Positions 8,795 to 16,839 of a DNA stretch of 64,000 bases are shown one piece after another. The notes beneath the pieces were generated by a model. It worked only from the letters and a program-made list of their open reading frames with translations. It was not told the origin of the DNA and searched no databases. The position numbers and the translations under genes are program-made. Each line of letters begins with the position of its first letter. The stretch's first letter is position 1. Origin of the DNA: a virus; the IMG/VR virus record IMGVR_UViG_3300027317_000001, positions 1,898 through 65,897 of that record; one strand, written 5' to 3'.

Positions 8795-8833
8795 CGGATT
8801 CCTCCCCCGCCTTTAGGCCGGGGAGGAATCCGG
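8795..8833. repeat. GC-rich hairpin resembling an IS605-type end / possible terminator
   Basis: CCGGATTCCTCCCCCGCCTTTAGGCCGGGGAGGAATCCGG; core like 56951-56982. Confidence 0.5.
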
Positions 8834-8864
8834 ACTAAAGAATCAACCAGAAAGGAATCAGGCC

Positions 8865-9365
8865 GTGAAGCTGGAAAACGTTCTGACGGAAAGCGGTATC
8901 GAATACAAGGAGGTCGTCACGCGCAGATTGCGCGTGAAGAACCCGCTTATCTGGCTCAAGTTCCGCGCCGCGGACGAGCTGTGGGTCCTTAAGGGCGTTG
9001 CCGCCGAGTACACCACCGTCTGGCACGACTACGACGTTCTGAGCCCAGAAGACCCTACGTTCACCGTAACCGCCGAGTCATCGGACGGCAGCAAGGTGCA
9101 GACCTTCCAGCCACACGAGCTTCCCGGGGACGTCAGGGAGTACATCAAGGACTGGCTGCGGGAGACCCGGCCTGTGCGGCTCGGGGAAACGCTGCGCGCG
9201 CCGATCAGAGAGCAGCTCAAGGCCGAGCGAGAAAAGATTATGCAGCTGGAGCGGGAGCGTGAGCATCTCGTGAACACGATCGCAAGGCTGCGCGGCATAA
9301 TCCACACACTTGAGGCGGAAAACAACAGCCTCAAGAGGCAGCTTCCCGCGGCCGAGGTCGCCTGA
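8865..9365 (+). CDS. hypothetical protein with C-terminal coiled coil
   Basis: AAAGGA RBS, GTG start, heptad-rich C-terminus. Confidence 0.65.
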   Translation: MKLENVLTESGIEYKEVVTRRLRVKNPLIWLKFRAADELWVLKGVAAEYTTVWHDYDVLSPEDPTFTVTAESSDGSKVQTFQPHELPGDVREYIKDWLRETRPVRLGETLRAPIREQLKAEREKIMQLEREREHLVNTIARLRGIIHTLEAENNSLKRQLPAAEVA

Positions 9366-9388
9366 CCAGCGGGAATGGGTGACCTGGT

Positions 9389-9882
9389 ACATGGAGATTA
9401 TGCATCTACTCAATCGGCTGGACCTCTACTGGCGCGTCCACTGGGCAGACTGCCCCGAATTCTCAGCCGACACCGCATACTCGGCCCCCTGGGGAGCCGA
9501 GCGGTGCGAAGATGATCCCTCCCGCTACCGGTGCGTCGCCTGCGACGGCACCGGGATGGACTACACCGATCCCATATGCGGCACTTGCCGGGGGAGTGGC
9601 TGCGCTGACTGCGACCGCACAGGTGTGAGCGCCACCTGTGTCTCATGCACGGGTGAGGGATCAATCGAGTGCGATCCCGGGTACTCGGCATGCACCTCCG
9701 CTGAGGATCTGCGCTCCTATTTTCAGGGTCGGGAGCCAGACCCCGGCGAGCAGGTCCTCATCTTTGAGGGAGAGCTGGCCGGTTACGGCCTAGAAGGGGA
9801 GCCTCTGGTCATCCCCACTCGGACGGTCGCCCGCACCACCTGGGGCGAGCTGACCCGTCTCCTCGAGGAGATGGCGGCGTGA
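9389..9882 (+). CDS. DnaJ-type zinc-finger (CxxCxGxG repeat) protein
   Basis: CVACDGTG, CGTCRGSG, CADCDRTG, CVSCTGEG; start uncertain (9389 or 9398). Confidence 0.65.
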
Positions 9883-10166
9883 CTGTCTCGGGAATCATCT
9901 TCTAGGTCAGCCAGCCGGACGCACGTCGCCGGACGTGCGTCTCCTAGCCGACCTAGGAGGATCTCAGTAGAAATACATGGCTATGTTGCGAGAATCCTCC
10001 TTGATGTTCGTTCAACTATCGCCAGATGAGAGGACGAATTTGATCTCGGCGGTATCGTTGACGAAATTCGGCGGCGCTTTGGAGACACAGTCGATATAAA
10101 TGAACTTTCCGGCGTGAACGCCGGGGAGAACGCCAACCCACGTCAAACAAAAAGAGGTAGGCCCCG

Positions 10167-10562
10167 ATGGAAGACATGATCCTGAACAGCAACACGATGC
10201 CGGGCATCGTTCTTCGCGATTTCTCCATTGACGATCTCCCCCGCAACGCTCGCGACCTGGTGAACCTGGCCGCAAAGGTCTCCTGGAACGTCATCGGCGA
10301 GCGGTTCGCGGACATGGACGGAGCCCCCTTCTTCACCCTCCAGTTCTGGCGACCCATGCCGATCTGGCATGTCATCGCCACCTGGCACAGTCGGCCAACC
10401 GGCGGCCGCGGATACCGACTGACCACGCCGGTCTACAGGCACATCGCACCGGACGGCATTGGCTCCCACTACTGGCGCTATGCGCCGTCCCTGCGGTTCA
10501 TCCGCCAGCTCATGCTCGACAACCCCGTCCGGCCGCTGTCCGGGGAGGGCAACACGGCCTAA
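10167..10562 (+). CDS. hypothetical protein
   Basis: GAGG RBS, GC-rich codons. Confidence 0.6.
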   Translation: MEDMILNSNTMPGIVLRDFSIDDLPRNARDLVNLAAKVSWNVIGERFADMDGAPFFTLQFWRPMPIWHVIATWHSRPTGGRGYRLTTPVYRHIAPDGIGSHYWRYAPSLRFIRQLMLDNPVRPLSGEGNTA

Positions 10563-10574
10563 CCGGTAGTTGGG

Positions 10575-10611
10575 CGGCGAGCCCCAGTCTTCAGGACGGG
10601 GAGGACGTCAA
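10575..10611 (+). mobile_element. orphan IS200/IS605 right-end remnant
   Basis: GAGCCCCAGTCTTCAGGACGGGGAGGACGTCAA; last 14 nt match the 41523-41536 end. Confidence 0.6.
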
Positions 10612-10783
10612 GGCCCAAATGGCGCAAATCGAGGACGAGGTCCTGACCAAGTCCGAGTGATCTTGGCCGGGTGCGGACCCTGGAAATCCGGTCCGCACCC
10701 GGTCATGGCCACTCGGCCAAATCCACCACACCGGGTCATGCGATCCCCTGGAAGATCAGGCATCAGAAAGGAGGAAGAGCAAC

Positions 10784-11089
10784 GTGGTTGCACGGAAAAA
10801 AACCGTATGGGTAAACCCGCGTCTCTTCGAGAATGCGAAAAAGAATCTACCAAAGGGTGTCACCCTATCCACTGCGGTCGAGCTAATACTAGACGCCCTG
10901 CGTGAAAGCAAAATCACATCAACTGACCCGGGCAAGATCAAAGAACGATCTCAAGCCGTCTCTATCTACCTGTACAACCCGGATAACCATAAAGTGTGCG
11001 CATCCCAAATAGCGAAAATCATTCACAGCATCGGTAGCGGTCTACTGGGAGTACGCCTTGAAGTCGAGAACTGCAAGAAGAATCGATAG
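10784..11089 (+). CDS. hypothetical protein
   Basis: AAAGGAGG RBS, GTG start. Confidence 0.6.
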   Translation: MVARKKTVWVNPRLFENAKKNLPKGVTLSTAVELILDALRESKITSTDPGKIKERSQAVSIYLYNPDNHKVCASQIAKIIHSIGSGLLGVRLEVENCKKNR

Positions 11090-11714
11090 GTTAATCAGGA
11101 TAGCCAGAAGCACAAACAACCCGTACGAAAAAGAACTCTACGAGAAAGTCGCCACACTGCTGGCGAAAAAGGTTGGCATGCCGCCCAGCCCAGATGACAT
11201 CGTATGGACCACACTCCCCATGCAGGATGACGCACACCTTAAGCAAAAGTGCGACGCCATCAATTCGGTGATCGAAGCCGTGGGTTGCATCGGGGTACTA
11301 GAACAGTCAGGCAACCAGCCCACCCTGCACATTGTCGGCATTCGATCCTCGGTTGAACTCCTAGAATCACTCCTTCCCACCGTGCTGGGAACCATGGAAT
11401 CCATGCTCGCGATAGCCATCACCGCCTTCGCGAGCGAACTCGCCACCTTAGATGAAAAGTCTTTCGTACAGGAGATGGATATGTTCGCGCGATCATACCG
11501 TCATGGAATCGGGAAGGCGATAGCGGACTGTGTGCGAACACCGATTCCAGACGACAAGCGCAAACAGATTGAGCAAGAGTTCGCAAACCGGTTCCCATGC
11601 ACGGAAGTGATCGAATATGATCTCGACGCCAGAGAATTTAACGCCGGTTACCATGCGGGGAAGGAAGCATGGAGGCGAAAAATCCCTGTTACCCGACGCG
11701 AGATCGAAGGCTGA
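11058..11714 (+). CDS. DUF2786-like domain protein
   Basis: RIDRLIRIARSTNNPYEKEL..KVATLLAKK resembles DUF2786; later IVG..SSVELLE and AGYHAG patterns fit that family. Confidence 0.55.
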   Translation: MKSRTARRIDRLIRIARSTNNPYEKELYEKVATLLAKKVGMPPSPDDIVWTTLPMQDDAHLKQKCDAINSVIEAVGCIGVLEQSGNQPTLHIVGIRSSVELLESLLPTVLGTMESMLAIAITAFASELATLDEKSFVQEMDMFARSYRHGIGKAIADCVRTPIPDDKRKQIEQEFANRFPCTEVIEYDLDAREFNAGYHAGKEAWRRKIPVTRREIEG

Positions 11715-11715
11715 T

Positions 11716-11770
11716 CTGATTGCTGCATAGCCATCTCGGGGTACGCCACCATTCCCGAGGTGGCACTGGA
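11716..11770 (+). promoter_or_regulatory. intergenic stem-loop with family-1 architecture
   Basis: CTGATTGCT-GCATA-GCCATCTCGGG..CCCGAGGTGGC-ACTGG-AGCAATCAG. Confidence 0.55.
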
Positions 11771-11807
11771 GCAATCAGCTTACAAAATCAGCGAAAAAAG
11801 GAAGACA

Positions 11808-12119
11808 ATGGTGCAGGATCATCTCGCCCTGGCCCTAGCGGCCGCCGTGCCCCTGGAAATCGCCCGCCTGCGGGCACTACCCGATGAGGAGCGCGCCCGG
11901 GAGATCAAAGCCCGCACCGGTCAGGCCGTGGCCATGCTGCTCGGCGAGCACGGTGATGATCTCCTGTTCGGTGGGAAGCACTGCGCTGAGGCGTTCGCCG
12001 CCTTGGCCACCGGTCTCGCGTGCCTCGCGTGGCAACCAGGAGGTGTTACCGTCTTTGGTCGGCATTTCTGCGCTGATCACAACCAGTGTCGGGCCGCCGG
12101 GCTGCGGGAGGTGACGTGA
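11808..12119 (+). CDS. actinophage-type hypothetical protein
   Basis: AAAGGAAG RBS before ATG 11808. Confidence 0.65.
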   Translation: MVQDHLALALAAAVPLEIARLRALPDEERAREIKARTGQAVAMLLGEHGDDLLFGGKHCAEAFAALATGLACLAWQPGGVTVFGRHFCADHNQCRAAGLREVT

Positions 12120-12376
12120 TGCCGCGCGAGATCACGCTCGCCGCCGCACTGGGCGTCTACGCGCTCGGGGTTATCATCGTTGCCCCGCTGTTCCGGGTGT
12201 CCAAGGAAGAGGCTGAGTCGGCGGCCCGCCGGGCGTCCATCGTCATGCCGCTTTGGGCTGAGCCGCTATTGCCTGCCCTAGCCGAAATAGCCCGGATCGC
12301 CTACCCGCTGGTCCACGGTCTGCTGTGGCCAGTGCTGCTCGTGCGGGACACCGTGCACAGGATCAGAAGGGTTTAA
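12119..12376 (+). CDS. small membrane protein
   Basis: GGGAGG RBS, two hydrophobic segments, TGATG overlap. Confidence 0.6.
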   Translation: MPREITLAAALGVYALGVIIVAPLFRVSKEEAESAARRASIVMPLWAEPLLPALAEIARIAYPLVHGLLWPVLLVRDTVHRIRRV

Positions 12377-12388
12377 ACCACCATACAG

Positions 12389-12425
12389 AAACCCCTCACC
12401 GACCGGTGAGGGGTTTCTTATTCTT
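12389..12425 (+). terminator. intrinsic terminator ending the early region
   Basis: GAAACCCCTCACCG-A-CCGGTGAGGGGTTTC followed by T-rich TTATTCTTT. Confidence 0.8.
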
Positions 12426-12456
12426 TGCTATCCGCCACACGCACTTAGTTAAGCTA

Positions 12457-12485
12457 TAGGCAGGATCCAGGAAGATAGCTATACT
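12457..12485 (+). promoter_or_regulatory. primary-sigma promoter
   Basis: TAGGCA(12457)-17 bp-TATACT(12480). Confidence 0.6.
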
Positions 12486-12491
12486 AAAGTT

Positions 12492-12663
12492 AGAAGGATC
12501 GCCCAGGAGGTCGCGGGGAAGACGCCTGGTCTGCTGCCAGACCCTTCCGGAATAGCCGGTTGAAGCGCCCCGGATCTCTTGGGATCCGATGAGTGATATC
12601 GGGTACCACCGTACGTGATCCGAAACGCAAGGGGAGCGGGTTATCTCGCTCCCCTTCTTTTTT
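12492..12663 (+). ncRNA. putative ~170-nt multi-stem non-coding RNA
   Basis: promoter upstream, terminator downstream, no credible ORF; closing stem GGATCGC/GTGATCC encloses several hairpins. Confidence 0.55.
12629..12663 (+). terminator. intrinsic terminator
   Basis: AAGGGGAGCG/CGCTCCCCTT stem followed by CTTTTTT. Confidence 0.8.
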
Positions 12664-12706
12664 GATATAAGCCTGATTCCATGCCTCCCCTTAACCGGAG
12701 TAGTTG

Positions 12707-14206
12707 CTACTGCTCTACGAGTTCAGCATCAACGATACCGAGCTGCGCAGCAACATCTTCCATCTTCACCGGGGCTTCCAAAGCCCTAGCCGCTTGGCTT
12801 GCTTCCTTTCCAAAGATCCGGCCGATTAGACCCATTTGTGAGTGCTGTGTGGCTTGAGCTCGCACGGTCAGCGTGAAACCTTCCCGGTCCATATCCTCCT
12901 TGATCTTCAGCATCCGCTGAAGCCTGTCGATCTCCCGGCTCAAGTTCGCATCCAAATAGCCACCATTACATTCCTCGGCGAAACGGGCCAAAAGTATCCT
13001 TTGAGTCTGTATTTCGATCAAAATCTCCTGGATTCGTGCGAGCTGATCACGGGTTCTTGCTTCTACCGGGAGCTCAAAAGCACACTCTGTATCCGGCTGA
13101 TACTGGGGGCACTTATCAGCCAAGAAGCAACCGTCACAAGATCGGATAGGCTGATCATCGATGTCCAAAAGCCGGATGGTCTTAGTGACCTCTCCCGAAT
13201 CCGTAAGCTCCCTCACACGCTTCTCTGCGATCCGTACACCAGGCAGCGGACGACGGCCATCACGACGATTCGACGGCTTTCTAGAACCTCCCAGACGCTT
13301 GCCGGAATTTCCCGATTCAACAGGTTCAATATCAAGTCGATTCGGGGTGAGTTCCGCATTTTCCGCGCCATGCCAATTTTCTGAAGTAGTTACTACTTCT
13401 GATCGACGCTCATTCGCAAACTCCATAAACCTCTGCCAACTCCAAATCGAAAGCCTCAAACACTCCGTGACATCATCCGATTCAATGAGATCCGGATCGA
13501 ACCCAGCATCAAGGAACTGCGTCCGATGCCGCCTACGAGCCTGCTCCTTATACCGGCGCGGGTAACGCTTCAGCTCATTCCCAGTCCACACAATCGTGTC
13601 CCCATACTGGGCAGGAGACAACCAGCTCGTACTCAAAACCGAATCCCATGGGATCTCCATGATCGCATCCATCTGCGTCATGGCCACCCCATGCAAACGC
13701 ACACCCTGCCGGACCAGCGACATCAACAACGGAGTCAGATCCCGGTTCGACGCCACCACCTGTGGCACACCAACACGGCCGTACACAGTGGCGAGCTCAA
13801 CCAGAACCTCAACCCCATCATCCTCATGCCAAATAGGCAGAAACTTGTCCCCGGAAAGCTCGTGAAGCCGATCCCTAAGCTGCTGGCGCATCTCAGGCTC
13901 AAACACCCTGGCATCCAGCTCCGTGACCGTATGAACACGGTCAACATTCGCCTCCACGAACTTCAAATATGAATCCAAAAGAGCAGGCACATCATACTTA
14001 TCCGGGTTCTTGTTAATCGAATGCCCACCCGATTCAACGAAAATGTGAACATCTTCCGGAAACTTTTCAGCAAGCTTCCATCGTTCCGGATAATTTGTGC
14101 GCCTGCTCAATCCCACAAACGACAACGCCATATGGCGTACACCATTTTCATACAACAGTTTCCGCCATCCGGGAATCTCAGCCCCGGCATAAAACAACGT
14201 CGTCAC
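12707..14206 (-). CDS. degenerate TGT/DpdA-like TIM-barrel protein fused to a Cys cluster and coiled coil
   Basis: IFVESGGHS (cf. DSGG), ELD, FLPIWH, LHGV, PWDSVLSTSWL in transglycosylase motif order; C-terminal CDGC..DKCP..C. Confidence 0.55.
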   Translation of the reverse strand: MTTLFYAGAEIPGWRKLLYENGVRHMALSFVGLSRRTNYPERWKLAEKFPEDVHIFVESGGHSINKNPDKYDVPALLDSYLKFVEANVDRVHTVTELDARVFEPEMRQQLRDRLHELSGDKFLPIWHEDDGVEVLVELATVYGRVGVPQVVASNRDLTPLLMSLVRQGVRLHGVAMTQMDAIMEIPWDSVLSTSWLSPAQYGDTIVWTGNELKRYPRRYKEQARRRHRTQFLDAGFDPDLIESDDVTECLRLSIWSWQRFMEFANERRSEVVTTSENWHGAENAELTPNRLDIEPVESGNSGKRLGGSRKPSNRRDGRRPLPGVRIAEKRVRELTDSGEVTKTIRLLDIDDQPIRSCDGCFLADKCPQYQPDTECAFELPVEARTRDQLARIQEILIEIQTQRILLARFAEECNGGYLDANLSREIDRLQRMLKIKEDMDREGFTLTVRAQATQHSQMGLIGRIFGKEASQAARALEAPVKMEDVAAQLGIVDAELVEQ

Positions 14207-15036
14207 GGATTCTTCCTCGTACTTACACGTATATACGAATTTCTCACAGTACCCGTACGCTGCGCAGAAGAAGAGGAAGAAGATTTTTGCGGCTGCTGAC
14301 CAATAACCCCCTGGGCGAACTGCGCTGCCCGCCTAGCCAGCGAAGCCAGCCCAGCAACACGCATATAACGCCGCCTCGGCTGCCCCTGAGCCTGGGACGC
14401 TGACTGCGTCTGCGAGGGGGCAGAAACAGCCGGAAAATTGGCCTGAGGAACGGAAACCGATACCCTGGGGGCGCGAATAAGATGCGGATACTTCTGCTGG
14501 TAGGCGATAATCGTATCCAGGCGAGCCTCAGTACGACGCTTCGTAGTCTCACCAGCCCACTTCGCGCGAAGCTCCAAATCCTTCGCCAGATGATCCCGGG
14601 CCTGCTCCCGGCGCATCCCCTCAAACTTCAACCGCTGCTGCAACCGATCAGCATCGTGCCTCATACGCTGCTTATGCTTCGTCTCAGCAGCGCGAAGCTG
14701 ATGCTGGTGGGCCATGCGCATAATTCGCGCCCTCGTCTTAGCCTGAAGATCAGCCCGGAACTCGTACTCGCTTCGCTTCAAATCCGAAAGACGCTGAGCT
14801 TGTGAAAACGACACATCAGCAGCATCTCGCCGATCCTGCCGACGCCGCTCATACTCGGCTTCACGGCGCTGATGGTAAAACTGCTCACCAAGCTGCTTCT
14901 TCCTCAACCAGCGCCTATCGTCATACTGGCTCTTAGCAATATGCTCAAGAACACGGCCGAAACGGCCACCGCCACCACGACCGGACGAACCCTCGGAAGC
15001 AAGAATCCTAGCGGCGGCCCCAAAATTAATAGCCAT
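14203..15036 (-). CDS. basic R/Q-rich hypothetical protein (possibly virion/DNA-associated)
   Basis: 277 aa, ATGA overlap with the next gene, low complexity. Confidence 0.6.
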   Translation of the reverse strand: MAINFGAAARILASEGSSGRGGGGRFGRVLEHIAKSQYDDRRWLRKKQLGEQFYHQRREAEYERRRQDRRDAADVSFSQAQRLSDLKRSEYEFRADLQAKTRARIMRMAHQHQLRAAETKHKQRMRHDADRLQQRLKFEGMRREQARDHLAKDLELRAKWAGETTKRRTEARLDTIIAYQQKYPHLIRAPRVSVSVPQANFPAVSAPSQTQSASQAQGQPRRRYMRVAGLASLARRAAQFAQGVIGQQPQKSSSSSSAQRTGTVRNSYIRVSTRKNP

Positions 15037-15478
15037 CGATTTCCTCTCTCAGGAGGCGTCGTCTCCGCAACCTATCCTCTTCTATTCTCTTAGTAAGCTC
15101 ACCCCAATTAGGAACCCGTGTGACCTGCCCAAAATGCTTAGGATGCACAAACACCAGCACCGGAACACCCATGTCATACAAATCGTGAACCAAATCCGTC
15201 TCCGGAACAACAACCAAATCAACCACCTGTGAAGCTCGAATCATTCTAATCTGCGTCAACCGATCATCATAACGATTAAAATCAATCGCCAGATGCTTAT
15301 CAAAACCCTCCCGGAAAAGCCACTTATCCAAAAGATCCTTCTTCTGCCGATCAGCTATCAGCGTGATCCGGTACACGGTTGCGAGAGCCTGATAAAGCTC
15401 ACGACCTAGCTCATCAGGCTGACCTGTGACAACATCACGAAGAACCCCATCAACGACAACAAGCGCATGCCGCATCAC
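15026..15478 (-). CDS. HAD-like hypothetical protein
   Basis: N-terminal ALVVVDGVL resembles a degenerate HAD motif I. Confidence 0.45.
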   Translation of the reverse strand: MMRHALVVVDGVLRDVVTGQPDELGRELYQALATVYRITLIADRQKKDLLDKWLFREGFDKHLAIDFNRYDDRLTQIRMIRASQVVDLVVVPETDLVHDLYDMGVPVLVFVHPKHFGQVTRVPNWGELTKRIEEDRLRRRRLLREEIDGY

Positions 15479-16434
15479 GTTCTCCTGATCAATGCCGCAA
15501 TTTTGGAACGATCCGGATCAGGAAGCTCACGACGGTAAAGTGCCCGCTCCGACTCACTAATAGCCCGTTTACGCATGGACACAATCGCCCTCAGAGCGTC
15601 CACAACACCGCTCTTCTTATGCGCCTGCCAGCGATAATTCGCCCAATCCCCATAACCGCCACCGAGTTCAGAAAACGCGGCACTACGACCACCGTGGATC
15701 ATGTCCCACAACGCCTGTGCCTCATCGGCTGCGTGCTCGGCAGCCACCATGGCATTAACCCAGCGTGGGCTACCCGGCCTCTCAGTATCCGCCCGGTGGC
15801 GTGCCTCATTGAACCTGTCCACGATCTGACGCGCGTACGCGACATCCCGGGCAACTTGATCAGACCACGATTGAGGGTAGGTGCGAGCTCGCGGAGCTGG
15901 CGGCCGGACAACCCACATATCCCTGTCCACGTCATACGCCGCGTACGGCCGAATCAGCCGGATATCCGTGGCGGCCGGATTAGCGTACACGGTGAGCTCG
16001 TAAACACCCTGGCCGATTACGGTCCTCGCAGTGAGCGGCCACAGCTCAGTCCGCATCTTCTGGTTGAGAACACTAGCCAGCTCAGAATTGGTTAGCCCCG
16101 AATACCTAGGGTTGTGCTCGCGCAGAGTAGTCCAATCCACGGAGAGCTGACAGTCCAGATCCCGCTCACCACGGCCAGCAGCCCACTGGTAGGAGATCCC
16201 GCTACCTGTCAGGTAGATGCGGCACCACTCTGTGGCACCAGCCCAGTGCTGCGACAGGTAACCATGGACGATGCTAATGATGAGCGCGCGAACCTCTGGG
16301 CGCAAACGATCCCCATTAAACAGGTTTGGATCCAAATGAGTGCTTGGTGGCGAAAAATACCCGGATTCACCTTCGACGATGGTGATGTCCTTATCACCCA
16401 TCGCCCGGCGAAGATAATAGAGACTGCTTGACAT
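15475..16434 (-). CDS. Pol-beta-superfamily nucleotidyltransferase
   Basis: IYLTGS.ISYQW....RDLDCQL (GS and DxD) plus YELTVY third-acidic region. Confidence 0.75.
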   Translation of the reverse strand: MSSSLYYLRRAMGDKDITIVEGESGYFSPPSTHLDPNLFNGDRLRPEVRALIISIVHGYLSQHWAGATEWCRIYLTGSGISYQWAAGRGERDLDCQLSVDWTTLREHNPRYSGLTNSELASVLNQKMRTELWPLTARTVIGQGVYELTVYANPAATDIRLIRPYAAYDVDRDMWVVRPPAPRARTYPQSWSDQVARDVAYARQIVDRFNEARHRADTERPGSPRWVNAMVAAEHAADEAQALWDMIHGGRSAAFSELGGGYGDWANYRWQAHKKSGVVDALRAIVSMRKRAISESERALYRRELPDPDRSKIAALIRRT

Positions 16435-16501
16435 ACATTAATGATACCTTTCGGGAATATATCGGTCAGAACTGAAAATCGTGACCGAAATTCAAAGGGT
16501 A

Positions 16502-16529
16502 TTGACAGCGCTGCTGAGGTGTTTAACAT
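16502..16529 (+). promoter_or_regulatory. primary-sigma promoter for the DUF397 module
   Basis: TTGACA(16502)-16 bp-TAACAT(16524). Confidence 0.5.
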
Positions 16530-16568
16530 AAGGGGTGTCCACGAAAGGTCGCCAACGAGGAGGCAGCA

Positions 16569-16775
16569 ATGAGCGACCTGTACGAGATCCCCCTGGATGG
16601 GGTGAAGTTCCGCCGCGTGTGTGGCGGAAACCAGCAGGAAGAGGAGATGGAGAGCTGCGTCGAGCTCGCCGAAATCCGAGAGGGTATCTACGCGGTGCGG
16701 GACTCCAAGAACCCGAGTGCGGGTACTCTGCGGTTTACTCGTGCCGAGCTCGAAGCGTTTGCTAAGCTCTTCTAA
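16569..16775 (+). CDS. DUF397-family (BldB-like) small protein
   Basis: SCVELA......AVRDSKNP.AGTLRFT.AE.EAF is the DUF397 signature; GAGGAGG RBS. Confidence 0.85.
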   Translation: MSDLYEIPLDGVKFRRVCGGNQQEEEMESCVELAEIREGIYAVRDSKNPSAGTLRFTRAELEAFAKLF

Positions 16776-16787
16776 GAAGAGCACCCG

Positions 16788-16826
16788 ATGACCCCGCCAC
16801 CCCGTATTGGCGGGGTCATTTTTTGA
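16788..16826 (+). terminator. intrinsic terminator
   Basis: ATGACCCCGCCA...TGGCGGGGTCAT followed by a T run. Confidence 0.8.
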
Positions 16827-16839
16827 AAAGGTGACCATT

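Noticed and set aside
12560-12600. glmS ribozyme (AGCGCC motif)
   Set aside because: It lacks GACGAGG and the downstream P3/P4 pattern, and no glmS gene follows.
12570-12630. Hammerhead ribozyme (CCGATGA...GAAAC)
   Set aside because: The core is CCGAUGA rather than CUGANGA, there is no NUH cleavage triplet before stem I and no stem III partner. Kept only as an unassigned ncRNA.
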